From: Paraglomus brasilianum
Lineage: Eukaryota
NCBI GenBank assembly: GCA_910592345.1
Contig: CAJVPI010000093.1
Coordinates: 1 to 55,624 of the forward strand
Direction: 5' to 3'
Length of the DNA stretch: 55,624 nt
The position numbers were made by a program, and so were the translations under genes. Below the pieces are notes generated by a model. The model ran no database searches and had not been told where the DNA came from. It saw only the letters and a list, made by a program, of their open reading frames with translations. Of the stretch, positions 53,029-55,624 are shown one piece after another (the first letter of the stretch is position 1; each line of letters starts with the position of its first letter).

Positions 53029-54224
53029 TTAAACGACACCATCTGCCAACTTTGTTATTTCATGGACATTATAGATGCCACTAGCCTCTTGATTTACAAT
53101 ACTTTCGATGGCGGCTTCTGCTACCGTATCAACATGTAATGGAGGTGCTGAAGGCAATATAGACAATGGAATAACTTTGGAAATATTGCTTGAAACAGTG
53201 AGCATTCCGGCAATAGGCAAAGAAAACATTCTCGTGTCTGAATATATAAAACCTACGCGAATAAAATTGTTAATCTCTGTTTAAAGGTTAAAAAAATGAG
53301 AGAATGAAGAAACATATACCTGGTCTCAGTATGACGGCCTTAAACTCTGGTTTGGATAATAGTACAAATTCAGCTTCCCTCTTTGTCGATATGTATCTTG
53401 AATCTATAAAGGGAAAGACATCTGCGGCTGATATGTAGATAAATGACTTTATACTGCCATAACGTGCTGCCTCATTAGCAACCGCTATGGCTGCAATTAA
53501 ATGTTGATAGGTCATAATTACTGTTTCTTTGCATGGCTAAATAACAATCTTTCACACGAGATTAAAGTCAAGACATACCAGTATCTCTATTGATTTTCTC
53601 GTAATTATTTGCTTCACTTGCATCTCTCTTGAATGGATTTTGATTTTTACAACTGATGCATAAGTTTCCAAATGCTTCGGCGGCGCTCTTGCTCTGAACA
53701 ACTTTCTTATAATCGGGGTTTTCGAGGAGCGTACCAACGGCATGAACTACACTTGTACAATCTTTGAGCAAATCACTATATGTTGATGGGGTAAGACAAT
53801 TTCCTTTGAGCCAAGTAACCTGTATGGAAATCCATTGGGGTAAAGTACGAAATAACTTGATTGCTAGCATAACTAGTGTATCCAAAGTTAAAACCTTACT
53901 TTCTGTTCCCACGGTGGTGTAGTTTCTTTTTGTAAACGACCGCGACGACTAGGCAATGCCCAATGTGTCTGTAAGTCCAAACGTACTAAATGTACAAACA
54001 GAAGAGCATTTGTCACAATACCTCAAACTCAAAACCTCCAAGTTTCGCTGGATAGCGGCTTTGCATACGCGATACCCTACGAATCCGATTCCAATGTATA
54101 AGACGCGAATGCAACTTTCATGCAGGCTGCGTTCTCAACAGGAATGCTGTGTAAATATACCCAAGTATCCAGTTCCTCCAACCACTAAAAGTCTTTGCCG
54201 ACCAGCATTCATTAAACGAGTCAT
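53029..54224 (-). CDS. COQ11: Atypical SDR NAD(P)-binding protein, COQ11-like
   Basis: LLVVGGTGYLGYRVCKAA, VVHAVGTLLE, YEKINRDTAIAVA, FIYISAAD..RYISTKREAE, ILRPGFIY, PPLHVDTVAEA. Confidence 0.75.
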
Positions 54225-54566
54225 GTCTGTCGGAATCGCATAAGCAGTTCAAAGAAACATTATTTTGTGGATTAAATATTTTAATTTGCGGTTTTTAACT
54301 CTAATTTCTCAGAAATTAAGGATACTGATCACGTGTTAACAAAACATTAAACGTTAAACCAGAGAAATGATGTGGAGATTGAAAAGCCTACCGGGAGAAG
54401 TACTAGCAATAAGCTGATTCTCGAAGCTTACGTGATGCTCTCGTCTTCGAGTCGATGAACCTAGGATGGCACAACGCACATATGGATCGTGTATCCGATT
54501 CATCCATTTTTCATTCCAGAGAATATTCTCTCACACATAATTGCTTGCATATTAGGTTATGGCCAT

Positions 54567-55366
54567 TCAACAGGCGGAACTTTTGGATTCACCGTTGACT
54601 TTTAATTTCAATAATCAATATTTGTATTGTTAGTACCTGTAATAAATTTTACCAAACCAATGAGAATTCCATCCACTGCCGAGTGCTGGCTTGGTGGTCC
54701 GTTGACGGTAGTGTAAAGCTGAATGATAAAAAGTTGGCTTATGATAAGAAAGGTGATAAGTAAAGTATTTCTCGTTTTTATGGACATATTTTTCTTTATA
54801 ATCTTTTCTTTTTGAGGACTCCTGTTTTAATAATTTATCCAAAAAGAACCAGCATTCATCCAGAAGATAGGTAGGTAAAGCTGTAATGCAATAGAGAAAA
54901 TATTAATATTAATAATACGACAACAAATATCTTGCTTTAGAACTTACAAATTTTTCGAATGCAGTCAAACATGTCTTGATTTAAAAGTTTTGACGCGTTA
55001 TCCGTAGTTTGTAGTCTGTCAAAAGTTTTTGTTCTTCTTTCAAGCAACCATTTCCGATAATGGATATATTCGTCAATTCAATATCAAGTTATTGGTCTAA
55101 CAATAATAGTGTTCTTCGGTTTGCAATATACACATTTTTCTGTCCAACTTAAACTTTTTTAGTTTTGTGTCCTTTATTACTAAAGCTTGCTTTTTTCACA
55201 TCATACATAATACATGTTTGAGTCTAATAAGGTTTGACACTGCCGTTAAAGAACCAAAATTAAATGTAAATATAGTAAATAGGTTAGACTATAACCTAAC
55301 TGTGTCTATTATCGTTTGACTGTCCAGCTTTTTTAGATAATCGCTTAAATGGACATTTGCATCCAT
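54567..55366 (-). CDS. Hypothetical small multi-exon protein
   Basis: Exons MDANVHLSDYLKKLDSQTIIDT|... and LQTTDNASKLLNQDMFDCIRKI|SLPTYLLDECWFFLDKLLKQ...SGWNSHWFG have GT-AG junctions. The middle exons and the stop are not resolved. Confidence 0.5.
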
Positions 55367-55624
55367 GCTTTGCTATTCCTGTAATAATCTACTGGTAATG
55401 AAGTCTTGCTAATACCATTCAATGGACGTGGGTTTTGGTATTTGTGAATAAATAGGGGAATTAATAGTTGCATTGCATGTCCCTAAGTTGGGATCTTATC
55501 TTATTGTTTTGATCCAGACATACAGTAACGTGCAAAAGTATCCTACCGATCATAACTACACTCACAGATAAGTAAATTTGGACAACTTTTTTTTTATTTA
55601 AAGCATATAACTAACTGAACTATT

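Overview
Eukaryotic, intron-rich fungal DNA, most likely an arbuscular mycorrhizal fungus (Glomeromycotina). This taxon call is inferred from a lineage-typical tyrosine-kinase-like kinase, a MATH-BTB gene and familiar transposon debris. By manual splicing I can support 12 recognisable genes: SPO22/ZIP4, MTR10/transportin-SR, an isochorismatase (ISOC-like), a Kch-type K+ transporter, a Josephin deubiquitinase that the ORF track nearly misses, RPT2, TBL1/SIF2, RPC25, an adenylate/UMP-CMP kinase, RPA190, a MATH-BTB protein with an RS-rich tail, and a TKL kinase. There is also a COQ11-like SDR and two unknown gene-like units. Repeat-rich zones lie at 1-2 kb (a pogo/Tigger-type element nested in a Tc1 relic) and at about 18.4-26.6 kb (transposase and effector-like relics, a foldback inverted repeat, a ~165-bp tandem array, a direct-repeat-flanked minisatellite and a duplicated terminal exon). 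I found no CRISPR array, tRNA or rRNA gene. I cannot demonstrate a wholly new multi-gene system. The best leads are the microexon-built Josephin DUB, an apparently intact meiotic ZIP4, the MATH-BTB-(SAM?)-RS protein with a coding-region hairpin, and the modular spliced kinase tail. All exon boundaries and family calls come from reading by eye, without database searches.
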